A DNA stretch of 64,000 nt from contig NC_054743.1 in the NCBI RefSeq assembly GCF_018143015.1, forward strand, positions 35,275,243-35,339,242. Direction: 5' to 3'. The stretch is from Lytechinus variegatus (taxonomy: Eukaryota). The notes beneath the pieces were generated by a model. The model was not told where the DNA came from, made no database searches, and worked only from the letters and a program-made list of their open reading frames with translations. This document shows, in pieces, positions 35,541 through 46,834 of the stretch. Each line of letters starts with the position of its first letter. Within the stretch, counting starts at the first letter, position 1. The position numbers and the translations under genes are program-made.

Positions 35541-35730
35541 TACACTCTAAAACACCGAGTAAAATTTTTCCCAATATTGGGGAAACATGCAAGTTTGCTG
35601 GGTATTTTGTTTACCCCATATTGGGCAATTTCAACGCAACATTACGTAAAATTTACACCATATTTGGTATCTTTTTACCCAACAAACATGCATGTTCCCA
35701 TTTTACCCAATATTGGGTAATCCTTTTTTT
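35541..35730. mobile_element. MITE family D copy with TIRs cactctaaaa / ttttagagtg
   Basis: The termini are acactctaaaacaccgag at the left and ttttagagtgtaaaacc at the right. The internal motifs cccaatattgggg and tacccaatattgggtaa are inverted repeats of each other. Confidence 0.6.
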
Positions 35731-36145
35731 AGAGTGTAAAACCATTAGACTTTTGGCGAGTCGCTCTTTCGGATGTTTTTTTTACTTCAGTTAACAAAAT
35801 TCTAACTACATTCCAGTCAGTCGAACATCATTTCAACAAAATGCATGTGATTCTGAATAAATCATTATCATACAGAACTGGGAATAAATCAGATGAGATT
35901 AAAAAAAAATAACCAAGAGAAGGAAAACCCGAACAGAGCAAACACTATTTATACTTTATTTAGGATTCAGTCAATATTGGGTTAAAAAGGGTTTTGAACT
36001 GAGATACGACTTTGCAAATTAACCATTATGGTAACCATGGTGGCATAACTCAGCAGTGAATCAAAATCAAGGTTTCTTTGGAACATTCGTCATTCGTCGT
36101 ATATACCCGAAATTGGGTCCTGATTAGAATGAGATGTCAATTCTT

Positions 36146-36260
36146 GGGAGTGTTTCATGAAAGGATTTGTCGGATGTTTTCCTTAATTCGACAGTTACCA
36201 TAATAACAATGCTTCTCAGCCAATCAAAATCAAGGAAAGTTATGTTGAAGAAACGCTCCC
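36146..36260. mobile_element. MITE family B copy
   Basis: It reads gggagtgtttcatgaaaggatttgtcggatg...cagccaatcaaaatcaaggaaag...gaagaaacgctccc and is homologous to 21134-21290. Confidence 0.6.
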
Positions 36261-38574
36261 GGACCAAACTTCTATAGTTTTAGTGAAAAAAAGAACAAGT
36301 GACAGAATAAAGCATTTTTATGAAAGGCTTATTGCATTTCAAAGGTTCTAGTGAACACTAAACGCAGCCATACATTTTTTTTCTGGACGTGTAAAATCAT
36401 AAATTACATTTCGGCAATTATCAATACCCGTACATGCAGTGACCTATTGCAGGTGATACGGACTGTCCTAATAAAGGTATTCGAACATTCTCACCCCCTC
36501 CCACCAGCTGTCTCACCCCCATATCCATCTGCCTTGATGATTCTTTCTGATTGACTATGATGCCTTGTATCATGTTTGTGACAGAGTTTATCAATGTTTT
36601 ATTTGCCTGTCACACTGACTGATCGCGCGCGGCAACAAATGCCTGTCGTCTGCTGCGGGCATGGTTTTCGCTTAGTGCATGCACAATCCAGAGTCTGGAG
36701 CGGTGAGACTAGATTCACTCATATACTGTGAATTCTTCTGCATGTTGTTGTTGTTGTTTATGTGGGTTTTAAGGCGCGCGCCATTCAGACGTGAATATTT
36801 ACCATAATTTATATACCTCTATGATAATTACACACAGGGTACGCAGTGTAGGCTTCATTCTGGACATGATATCATTATTTTTTGTCAAAGTTTCAAATTT
36901 GAGTCTGTTTGAAGACTAATATTAATGCTTTAAGCCAATCAAGGGCTGGGCCAAGTTGGTATATATCGGCCTAAGGGGCACAGCAAATTATTGTCACACC
37001 TAATAATCTGACATAGAAAAATTTATATCATTTTAAAAAAACCCAACATGCCCAAAGGACACAATCCGCTCAGCATCCCCCTGTCCAATATCATTTGTGT
37101 AAATGCATGAATGTATGAACTAATTCTATCAGTAACAAAACAATTCTCCAGGTATATCTATAAACCCTCATTCAAGATCAACGCAATGTCTGAATTATAG
37201 CCCAATAACACAACCGTTGCACAGAAAACAAACTAACTAGGCTAAAAATAACGACAGCTTACAAAACACCCCTTGAAACTTGAAAATGAACATAGTATAC
37301 TTTGCTTACAATACTGAATGAAATCAACCGCAATGTCTGTTTACAATGTATGCACTTCACAGTCACAGCGGATCACTTGTTTAAGAATAAATCAAAATTT
37401 ATCCACCCAAGGGGGGCATTTTAAATGACCGATTTCTTCCATATATAGCTCTGCTCCTAGCAAGTTGAGTAACTACATCGGTGGATTGTTATAAAACTTG
37501 ACCTTCTGTGTCTAACATTTAAATGATGCGAACAGATGTATACGCTAAGGAATGAGGGAGGAGGGGGGGGGGGGGCTAAAGCGAAAGCAAATCTTATGAT
37601 TTTTTTTTAAACCGATCAGGGGGTATCCTTGAACCATGGAATTCACGACTCCCTGTTTGATCGTTTAAACTTTAACTATCGTCTGCTTTAGAATAATTCT
37701 TCCATGGTTGATGACATTGGCGTATACAGATGGAGGGTTAAGGCTATGACCCCCCCCACACACACACACACTTAAAAAGTTCCACGACCCTCCCCCAAAA
37801 AAGAGGGAAACATTGAAACAGAAGATAAGGAAAGAAAAAATATTGTAAGATATGATGTTCTTTCTTAAATATTATATGTCAAAGTCAATCACTATAGTCT
37901 CCAAGCACAGACTCATATTTGATATTTTAACCAATAATACCGAAGTCTATAGTGAAGACTAGATGCCAAACTCTCTGTCTGTGTCAAACAAGAGCCAGCC
38001 ACAGAACATGGTGAATCTAGTCTCAATAGTTCAGACTCTGTATTATGCACTATGCGAATGGCGAAACCCTAGTTTGCCTACAGACTATAGCCTATATCAC
38101 AAAGTTAGATTTTCATTTTGAAAAGAAAAATGTTATTCGCTCGCTTCCCTCACTCGGGACTTTAAGGAAATTTTGTCACACACCTCACGTTGCGTTGTGT
38201 CCCCTCATTTTTTTGCACATTACTGCTGGTTGAAGAAATAATCTGAATAGCAGGAAAATCTGAAAGTAACTTTATATGAGCACAATGCTTATGGCGAGAA
38301 GGCGAGAAAATGAGCCTTGAAGACTCAGAAACTTATTTCATATCGATTTCTCGTCCTGGGGATGTAAATATGGTGAGGTCAACTTAAAGAAATGTAATGT
38401 TTGATTTAATCATTTTGAAATGAAAGTGTGAACCGGAAGTCCTAATCACAGGTCTCGCGAACGTGACCTCCAGATCAAAGAAATTAAATATGAAATGTAT
38501 TACACTATCTCTATAGCAATTTGGGCAAATGGTAATCCAAATTCCATACAAACGACGTAGGATGAAAGTTACTT

Positions 38575-38880
38575 AAATGGAAAGTTCACCCCAACAAAAA
38601 AGTTGATTTGAATTAAAAGAGAAAAATGAACCAAACAATGGAAATTTAATCAAATTCAGATGTGAAATAAGAGTGTTATTAGTCACGACATTTTTTAATT
38701 TTAAAATTTCATGTATTGTCACAAAACAGATACGTCCGATAAACAAATGACGGAACTGATGAAGTCTCCCGCTCTTTTTGCGTGTATTTCATTATTATGA
38801 AATCTGAAATATCTTAATATTTTCCTCATGTGAAAAACAAAGTTTGATTCCTCAATGAATAATATTAAAATTGCCATTGC
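38575..38880. repeat. Repeat family C copy, a diverged homologue of the 16255-16560 arm
   Basis: It is collinear with the 16255-16560 arm across the boxes ttcaccccaac..aaaagttgatttgaat.aaaagagaaaaat, ggaactgatga and ctcatgtgaaa. Confidence 0.6.
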
Positions 38881-40360
38881 TGAAACCTATTGTAATTCAA
38901 TGATGATTTCCCTTATCATGCTTATTGTCAAATCTATAAAACTGGATATATTCTAAGGGGCTTTTCACACGTGCATCTTGAATCATCATTATAATAATGA
39001 TTGCTATTGTTATCGTGACTGTGATTAGCGTTCGTGATTCTAATCATGTTCTAGTTTGGTTTCACACGTGCTAAACAGTCGTCATTAGCCTTATTTTCAC
39101 TGGAATCATCATTCAAATTACGATTGTTTTACCGTGTGAAAGGGCGGTATGTTTCATGCAATAACACACAAAACAAAGGGTGAGTGTATGAAACCGTAGA
39201 GTTTCTCATTTGCATAAATTGTCATCTGTGTTGTGAATGCAACTGTTTTGTGTAAATAACAGAAACTTTAAAATGTCATCATTTTTTTGCTTCCAATTTT
39301 TGATGAAACTGATAGATTTATGCTTGTGTATTTATTTTGTTGGGGGTGGACTTGCCCTTTAACATTGATCAAGAATATTATGTGATATTTACTTATGGGG
39401 CTTTTTAATTGATAATATTTTACCAAATCAACACACTTCGAACTCAAACTCATCTCAGGACGAAAATGAACAAAAGTTAACTTTTAAACATGGAAACAAA
39501 ATTAGAAATAAAACCACTTTCATGTTAGGCAAAAAATGATTTTATAAATGTAACCAGCAATGATCATTGATATTGTATCATCATATATATGTTTTTTAAT
39601 GGAAATCGAACTGAAGTCGTTCCCTTTAACTGGCTGGCTGTACCACATATGTAGCCCATGGTGACGTGATTGGCTCCACGCTGTGGTTTTGTGTTTCTCA
39701 TTCTAGCATAGGTCCAAGTTTAACGAGATTTCAGGTAGTATGGCATGCACATGTGGAATAATGAATGATTTATTTACAACACAACCATTCGAAACCACTA
39801 ACAAATCACAAATCACGACCTTCATTACATTCTGCGGTGTTTGTTTTTTTACAATTCTGTTAAAATATCATATTTGTAATATTCACAGGATGGAATTTGA
39901 TGAAGTAAACCGACATCGTGATAATTATGAATAAGCATGAAAACAGAAGTGTGGTCAAATAAAATACAATACATAGGCCTTCTAAATAAAATTAGTGATG
40001 TAACAATTTCTACCGAAAGAACGTTGATTTCTAGTTTGGAATTGTTTCTAGTTTGAATATAGACAATGTTGGATACGTATAGTTGTCTCATGGGCGGAAA
40101 TCTGTCAGCAAAGGTAGGGGGATCAGAGACTGGAAAATTTCGCACCCCCCCCCAAAAAAAAGGTATTCACCAAAACGTGTAAGGTCATTTAGTCAAAAAT
40201 ACCGGTATCATTTCGGTTGTGAATGATTTTTTTTCTCCATCATAAAAGACCCAAAATAGTAGGGGGATATTTGATATTGTGACCCCTACTATTTTTGGTA
40301 GGGGGCACGTCCCCCTGAGATTTCCGCCAATGGTTGGTCTTATCATTATCATCTTTTATT

Positions 40361-40578
40361 TTTGTTTTAAAATCAGAAAAGTAGGAAATTCCCCTCAAGT
40401 GTTAATGATCAAAAGGGGTTCGGGTTTTCTCTTTGTTTTAAAATTATATTTAGTAGGAGATTTCCCCCAGGTTTTGTTGATCACAAGGGGTTCCGGGGGG
40501 TTTTCATTTTGTTTTAAAATTAGATTGAGTACGAAATTCCCGTCAAGTTTCACTGATCACAAGGGGTTCCTGGCGAAA
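40361..40578. repeat. Three tandem copies of an about 72-nt unit (tttgttttaaaat..agtaggaaattcccc.caagt..t.atgatcacaaggggttc)
   Basis: Direct reading shows the repeat. ORF 40279..40644 is an artefact of it. A 13-nt-arm palindrome aaatagtaggggg..cccctactattt lies just upstream at about 40258-40300. Confidence 0.75.
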
Positions 40579-40804
40579 GTGAATGAAAAAATAAATCCGG
40601 ATAACAAAGGAAAGCGCCATAGGATACTGACAAAGTGCAAATGAAATAAAGATTGTGATATCATTTTGTTGACAATTTTATTTTAAACCTTTGTTTTCAG
40701 ACCAGACAAAGACAAACAAAAACCGGAAAGGGTCAGTAATATTCATAATTCATGACGAAATGCGGAGGCCATGCTATACATTCACAGTCATCATCAGTTC
40801 TGCT

Positions 40805-41108
40805 ATAATAATAATAACAATAACGGTATATTTACCCAGGGTAGCCACTTCAGTTCTGAAACTGTTTTCCCAGCGAGCCCTGTTATTATTGTTACCATGG
40901 TTACCCGGCTAAGCTAGGCTACCTACTCAGTGCACACAGTTTTTTGAGGAATTACTTCCTGCCGGTACCCATTTACCTCACCTGGGTCGAGTGCAGCACA
41001 CTGTGGATGCATTCCTTGCTAAAGGAAATTTCGCCATGGCTGGGATTTGAACCCACGACCCTCTGTTTCAAAGTCCGCAAACTAATCCACTGGGCCACTC
41101 TTCACCAT
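40805..41108 (-). mobile_element. tRNA-derived SINE, copy 1, with a (TTA)n tail at its low-coordinate end
   Basis: On the minus strand the head gagtggcccagtggattagtttgcggactttgaaacagagggtcgtgggttcaaatcccagcca is tRNA-like, with a T-arm box GGTTCAAATCC. It is about 85 percent identical to the copy at 62812-63108. ORF 40944..41372 is an artefact of it. Confidence 0.75.
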
Positions 41109-41660
41109 CATCATCAGGTCAAATCATATGATTTTGTACAAGATGATTTTAAGAAAGGGTATATCATATCAATCCAAATTAGAATACAAAGGAATTACGG
41201 TATTGGATGTCAATTCGGGTTAATCTTATTAACCTTTTACAGGATCAAGTACCCTCTAAAAGACTCGAATAGAACTAGATTTAACCAGAAAAAAACTCTT
41301 TTTTTTAAACCCATCTCACCACGGGGGGGGGGGGTCGCCATGCATCACGCACCACGTAATCTACACAACTAGATTTTTTTCTTAAAAAATGTCATATATC
41401 ATTATCGTGCAAATTTATTACTAATTTACTCAATAAAGTACACAAACTGTGAATTTGTTTGCATGCTAGGCCCTTAGTGAGATTTTGATTCAGACTCCCA
41501 TAATCGGTACCAATGATTTTTTTTAATGTGATCTATTAATTTCAAAATTTCGTACGTGTTTCTTGAACAACACGTAATTCTTTTCCAATGAATTTTTGCT
41601 CTATCCAGTTTGCATTGGATTTATATAGGGCGACATGAAATCACGTCCACCCCTTTTTAT

Positions 41661-42175
41661 GGGGTGTGGGGAGGGGGGGGAATCCATGGGGGATTTACTC
41701 CTTATAGGTCGTCTGAATAATTATGGTCTTGAGGGGTGGCCTGGTGGGGGGGGGGGGGGGTGATTAGGGGTAGAGTCACTGTTAGCACATAGCTCCATGA
41801 TTAGCACACCTGCATGTAGAAGACAAACTGCCGCCTTCAGACATGTCTGAGGGATGACGAAAGACAAAGATTGAAAACACAGAGCGAGGGGTTAGAGAAT
41901 AAGATGAAGAATGAGGATGATGGGGGGGGGGGTGACATCCATGGGGAATTCACTCCTCAGGTTGGTGTCTGAATGATTATGGTCTTGAGGAGGGCTCGGC
42001 CGGAGGGGGGGGGGGGGGGTAGGGGTATTATCACTGTTAGCATACCTGCAAGTAGAAGACAAACTAGACAAACTGCCACCCTGAGACAATCATGTTTGAG
42101 GGTGACGAAAGACCAAGATTGAAAACACAACGAAGGGGGTAAAGAATAAAACGAAGGAGAATGAGGATGAGGGGA
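41661..42175. repeat. Tandem duplication of an about 255-nt module, each copy carrying a 12-17-nt G-run
   Basis: The unit ggggg..aatccatggggga(t/a)ttcactcc..ggt.tctgaat.attatggtcttgagg..gg(n)..cactgttagca.acctgca.gtagaagacaaact..cagaca.gt.tgagggtgacgaaagac.aagattgaaaacaca repeats at about 41665 and about 41918. Confidence 0.75.
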
Positions 42176-42424
42176 AGAAACAAAACAGGCAGAAGAAAGG
42201 AAGGAGGAGAGTGAGAAGGAGGGGAGAGAGAGCGAGCGAGAGAGAGAGGGAGATAAATAGAGAGAAAGAGTTGGAAAAGGGGAAGAATTCTGTAAAAGAA
42301 GGGGGATGATGAAAATGGGGGGGGATTCGTTCACTTCAAACAAAAAAAATTATCTATTCGCCTTCAATTCCCCCCTCTCCTCTGCCCCCCCCCTAGGCCC
42401 CCCCTCTCTCTCTCTCACTCACCC

Positions 42425-42565
42425 AATCTCGTATTAGTCTTTATTTCTATTTTATGTCTTTCGTCACTGTCTGACATGTCTGAGGGCGTCAGTTTGTCTT
42501 TCTCATGCAGGTGTGCTAACCCCAACAAAACGCATGAGCCTGTCTAGAGGGGGGGGGGGGGGGGC
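42425..42565. repeat. Inverted partial third copy of the 41.66-42.18 kb module, ending in a 17-nt G-run
   Basis: The reverse complement reads ttagcacacctgcatgagaaagacaaactgacgccctcagacatgtcagacagtgacgaaagaca, which matches the unit. Confidence 0.65.
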
Positions 42566-42691
42566 AAGTCCTTTATGTTAAACAAAATAGTATCCCCCCC
42601 AAAAAAAAAACAATAAGCGAAGGAGATAAAACCTAGCTTATCATGAAGACGTTACTTTTTAAATATTAAACAAATGTTGAAATAAAGAACT

Positions 42692-42830
42692 GGGTCCCGT
42701 CATGCCCGTCACACAAAAGTAAGCGAATAATCGTACGCTTGATTTTCATGATTGATTGTACACTGTAGTCCAATGAATCAATCGTCGAGAAACGTTCTAC
42801 GATCATTGGTAAGCTTTGTGTTACTGGCCT
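42692..42830. mobile_element. MITE family A core copy (gggtcccgtcatgcccgtcacacaaaagtaagcgaataatcgtacgcttgattttcatgattgatt ... gctttgtgttactggcc)
   Basis: It is collinear with 27751-27868. Confidence 0.6.
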
Positions 42831-45800
42831 CAGTGTGCAAACTAAAAGAGCATTTTGGTGAATATTTGCAATAAGAGTGATATCCGCTTACTTTCTCAAG
42901 ACGTATTCTGGATAATTGAAAAGTCTGCTTCAACGTTGGACATACGGATATGGCCTATAGGCCAACGTCCATTTTGGCTCATTATGCCACTGACGTAAAT
43001 CGTTTATGAAAAGCGAATAATACAAAAAATAGATGAGCTGACAAGCATTAAGATTCAAAGGCAATATTATTATACTAATGAAAGAGACGAAAAGAATAGT
43101 TTTTTGATAAGTTTGTTAATAGTTGATATAGCTATACATGTAGGGCAGGGGCGAAAATCAAAAGCTTAAAAGGCCTAATTTCGAGATTCTAGAATTTAGG
43201 CACATCGAAACCTACATTTCTGCTGAGATTTTCTGAATGTTATGACTGACCTTTCGATTTTCTCAACTTGTTATCACGTGTTGTAGATTTTAAGGATGGT
43301 CTCTTGACTTCATGTCATATATATCAAGTTTCCAGTTTTCCACGTTTTCGTGTATGTATAATCTGATCGCTGGAAGCAGAACAGGTCAAGCCATTGTCCA
43401 GTAGAGCCAACTTGACCCTCACAAGGTCTTGACCACTGCTGTACACAAGCCTTAAGGGGTTAAACTCGTTCTACTCCTTCATCCCCCTAGTAGCGTGTCT
43501 TTGTGTAGATTTGACTTTAAGGTCAAGTAATTTCAAGAACACTCAACTCATATTTCTTTCTGCTAAGCACGTACAAACCCGACACGTGTTGAATAAACTT
43601 GGTCTTGTCAAGAGAACTTAAACCCTTCTACTGTATCACCCTTCTTTGTTAACACGAAGCATACAATTCAAGAAATACACTGCAGCCGTTCAAGCCTCGT
43701 AATGCAATCTTATTAAAGATTGGGCAAAGTAATCGATACGTTGGTTAATATTTGTCCAACAGTGAAACTGTCAACCCAAACTCTGGTATCTGTATTCTAA
43801 CCAATAAATGTGTTGATTTTTACTATTTCGACGGTCAGAAACATATTAACCAACTTACATCTTGGTTGTTTCGACCAATCCTTCTGAAGTTCTAGGCCCC
43901 GTAAAAGACCTACGTTTGATCCGATCGACTTCAAATGCATTATGAAAATCCATCAATGTCATAATTCTTTCTACAGGAATTTTACACAATGTCCTATGTA
44001 CACCCTGAATTTTCAGGAAATCGATGCATGTATGAATATACATCACAAGTAGAAAACGATTTGAACATGCATTTAACATTTTGATGTTGATGGCTTTCCA
44101 TAGTTGTGGTGATTGAATCAATCGCAACTCTTTGTTAGATGGGACCCTGAAGAACATGTTGTTCAAGAATATGAGTCCACTCAAAAGAAAAGCTATAAAT
44201 GAATAATAATTCCGTGAACAAAGAGGAGAGAAAGCTCTATAAGGAATTTAAAAAAAGGGGGGCACGACATTGAAGGATACATGTCTAGTGTATATTACCC
44301 TACAATCTTTAAAAAAAATTGTTAAGAAAAGAAAATTTCAATTGAAAGGTTTTCCAACAAGTGGATTCTCATTTCTAATAGGCATCTGACAAGGAAATAT
44401 CGTACGTTGTTTTCTCTTCAACCGTGGTATATCACCCAAATCCCACGACTCTATAGGCCTATATATGCCGATAACGATATTGACAATATTGATGCACAAT
44501 AAGGGGCTACGGATCGCTTTTCAAAGTATATGTGTGTGTGTGTGTGGGAGGGAGGGGTGACCAAATAAAATCACCATCACATATGGATTTGGATTTAGTA
44601 TCGTTTTTGTACACACGTTTTTAAAATGGTGGTGAGCTGAATTGAGCCCCCCCGCGCCCCTGGTTCTAGAGCACTGTATTGGCGGATAGCCCGTTCCAGC
44701 GTCGGCTTTATTATTTTCGCTCATCAGATATTTCCCATACACCCCCCCCCTGCCATCCAATCTGCCAATTTTCTCCCTTCTCTTCACACCATTTCGGCAC
44801 ATCAAATGAGAACGCAGGTGGGTCGGTTTATTCAGTTAATTAAATTGCTTATACCAATCCGTTTCGACACCTTTCGTCACAAACGATAGCTTATAATTAC
44901 TACCACTGGAATGTTTAGTATACCTTTAATAAATAAACCAAACCTCAACAGATCCACAGCACATGGGTGCATGGTGATAGAACCGATGCCTAAATACTAG
45001 ATACAACTGATGGTTCACAATCAAACGAACAAATAGGCCTACACGATAGGCTATCGTCAATATCAGCAAGTGTTTATATTTCGTCTTGATTGTGAGGCTA
45101 TTAGATTCTATAAAACACGGTATTAAAAAAAAAGACGTCCACTATAATACATCTGGTTGTTCAAAGTCAAAGCCTCTCAAGTTTTATCGCTATCAACATG
45201 TTCAATAAACTTATTTAGTCAACTCTGATTGAAAAATAAAACGACTTAAAGTAAACCAGGATTTAGTCGAACCTTGTTTCATAACCTCATCACGTGTGCA
45301 ACTCACGGAGGAAAGAAAGGTGTCAAGAAAAATTCATCACCATTTCGAAAAACGAATGTATTTAATCGCATTTCCAATATTTACATCGTCGTCTAGCTAA
45401 CTTCACACATGACAAATGGAACTGTTTAATCATAGGAGACTAAACAAACACACAATCCAGAACTTCTGCTGCCCGTGACAGAAAGAAATGTTAACACCCA
45501 ACCGAACTCTGATTTTACTCGAATTCAAATCCTTCTTTGTCCTCTTTTTAGTTTTGATCAAAAGAATTGAAAGGAATACAAACAGACATATTCCACTTTG
45601 ACATATTCATCCCTGACAACGGAATATTGTTTGCTTTTCATGGACGAAGCCTACGCGTATACAGGTAGTCAGCGGCTCGTTTTGAATGTCAGGGTTCGAT
45701 GGGATAGCTGGGTCTCTTTCCATGGAAGGGAAAGGTTATCAAGACATGTACTAACATTACAGACGTCTCACCCCCCTACATGGATGCGTGATGTTTTTAA

Positions 45801-46318
45801 TATAGTTCATACTGATAGAAATTCACAGAAGAAAAAAAATGAAATTAATGCAGACACTTTTAAGATATCTGTGACTAAAAACTATCTTACTTTGATTTCT
45901 ATGCTGGGGAGACAAATTTTAAGACACGTGAAAGGGCTACATGGAATGAAAGTAGGATAGTGCTTCTGGGCACTGTATTTTTTAAAATCTTTTGAAACAC
46001 TTATTATTGATTTTTGTTTGCAATTTATTCAGCAGTTCAGAGTTTCATTTTTACAACATATCGCAGACACAGGCAAAATTGGCGCCTTGCAGCTCAGGCT
46101 TTAAGAAACAATTTATGTTAGCCAGTGGCTTAAATTAATGTCACTATGATTTCCGTTTGCCAGGATAATAATAGACAGTTTGCACCAATTAATGTAGAAA
46201 ATAAATGTTGAATATCTTAATCCTGTACAATATGATGTTTTAATGATTATTAAGAATAAAATTAATTTTGAATTTTGAGTATTTTTAATGAAAAAAATAG
46301 AAAAAGAGATAAGCTTAC

Positions 46319-46834
46319 CTCGGCCGTGTACTCGTCTGCAATTGATGAAATCCTCTTTGATAATAACGCCTTCCTACCAAGTTGAAGTTGCACCCCCGAT
46401 GACCCTCCTTGACCACCCCTCTTCTCCACCACACCAGTCCGTTGAATCGGTTCCCCCATTACCCCTCTCGATAAATCCTTATTAATCATATTCCTCTGCT
46501 CGTCATTGATGTCGATATAGAACAACTCGGCATCGCCGTCGTCATCGCCCTCGTCCCTTCGAGTCCTCGCCCTCTCTCGTCTCCCTCCTCCGTCGTTCCA
46601 CGCCAATCTCTCATCGTCGTCATCGATGGGGAACCGTTTCTCGTAGTTCCTCTGGTTCGACGACAACGAATGGCGGTTGAAGCGCGATGACGCTGCCGCC
46701 GCCCTGTTCGAAAATTCATACTGTAAATGAAGACATATCAACATGAAAAGACATCCAATGGAGACCAGTTGCATGACGATCCGACGCCCTAAACTGCGAC
46801 CAAAGGGTCGACTAAACCATAGTAACATTCTCAT
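46319..46834 (-). CDS. Candidate first coding exon of an unidentified gene: ATG, a hydrophobic signal-anchor-like N-terminus, an acidic low-complexity region and a GAG|GTAAGC donor
   Basis: A 190-codon ATG-initiated ORF sits in a locally GC- and CpG-rich island within AT-rich DNA. Its translation is MRMLLWFSRPFGRSLGRRIVMQLVSIGCLFMLICLHLQYEF...DDDDERLAWNDGGGRRERARTRRDEGDDDGDAELFYIDINDEQRNMINKDL...SSIADEYTAE. A strong donor gag|gtaagc follows codon 172. Other frames are also open here, which is a property of GC-rich sequence, so coding status is not proven and the product is not recognised. Confidence 0.35.

Noticed and set aside
40944-41372. 142-aa ORF, and the 82-aa ORF 62913..63161, sharing the peptide TWVECS..W..LLKEI.PWLGFEPTTLCFKVR.LIHWAT
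   Set aside because: The conserved peptide is encoded by the antisense strand of two SINE copies. The conservation reflects the repeat, not purifying selection on a protein.
43855-44184. 109-aa minus-strand ORF as an independent gene
   Set aside because: It is AT-rich, and about 10 ORFs of this length are expected by chance in 64 kb. Only the 3' 146 nt, which has good acceptor and donor sites, is kept as a speculative exon of the 46.8-kb gene (see findings).
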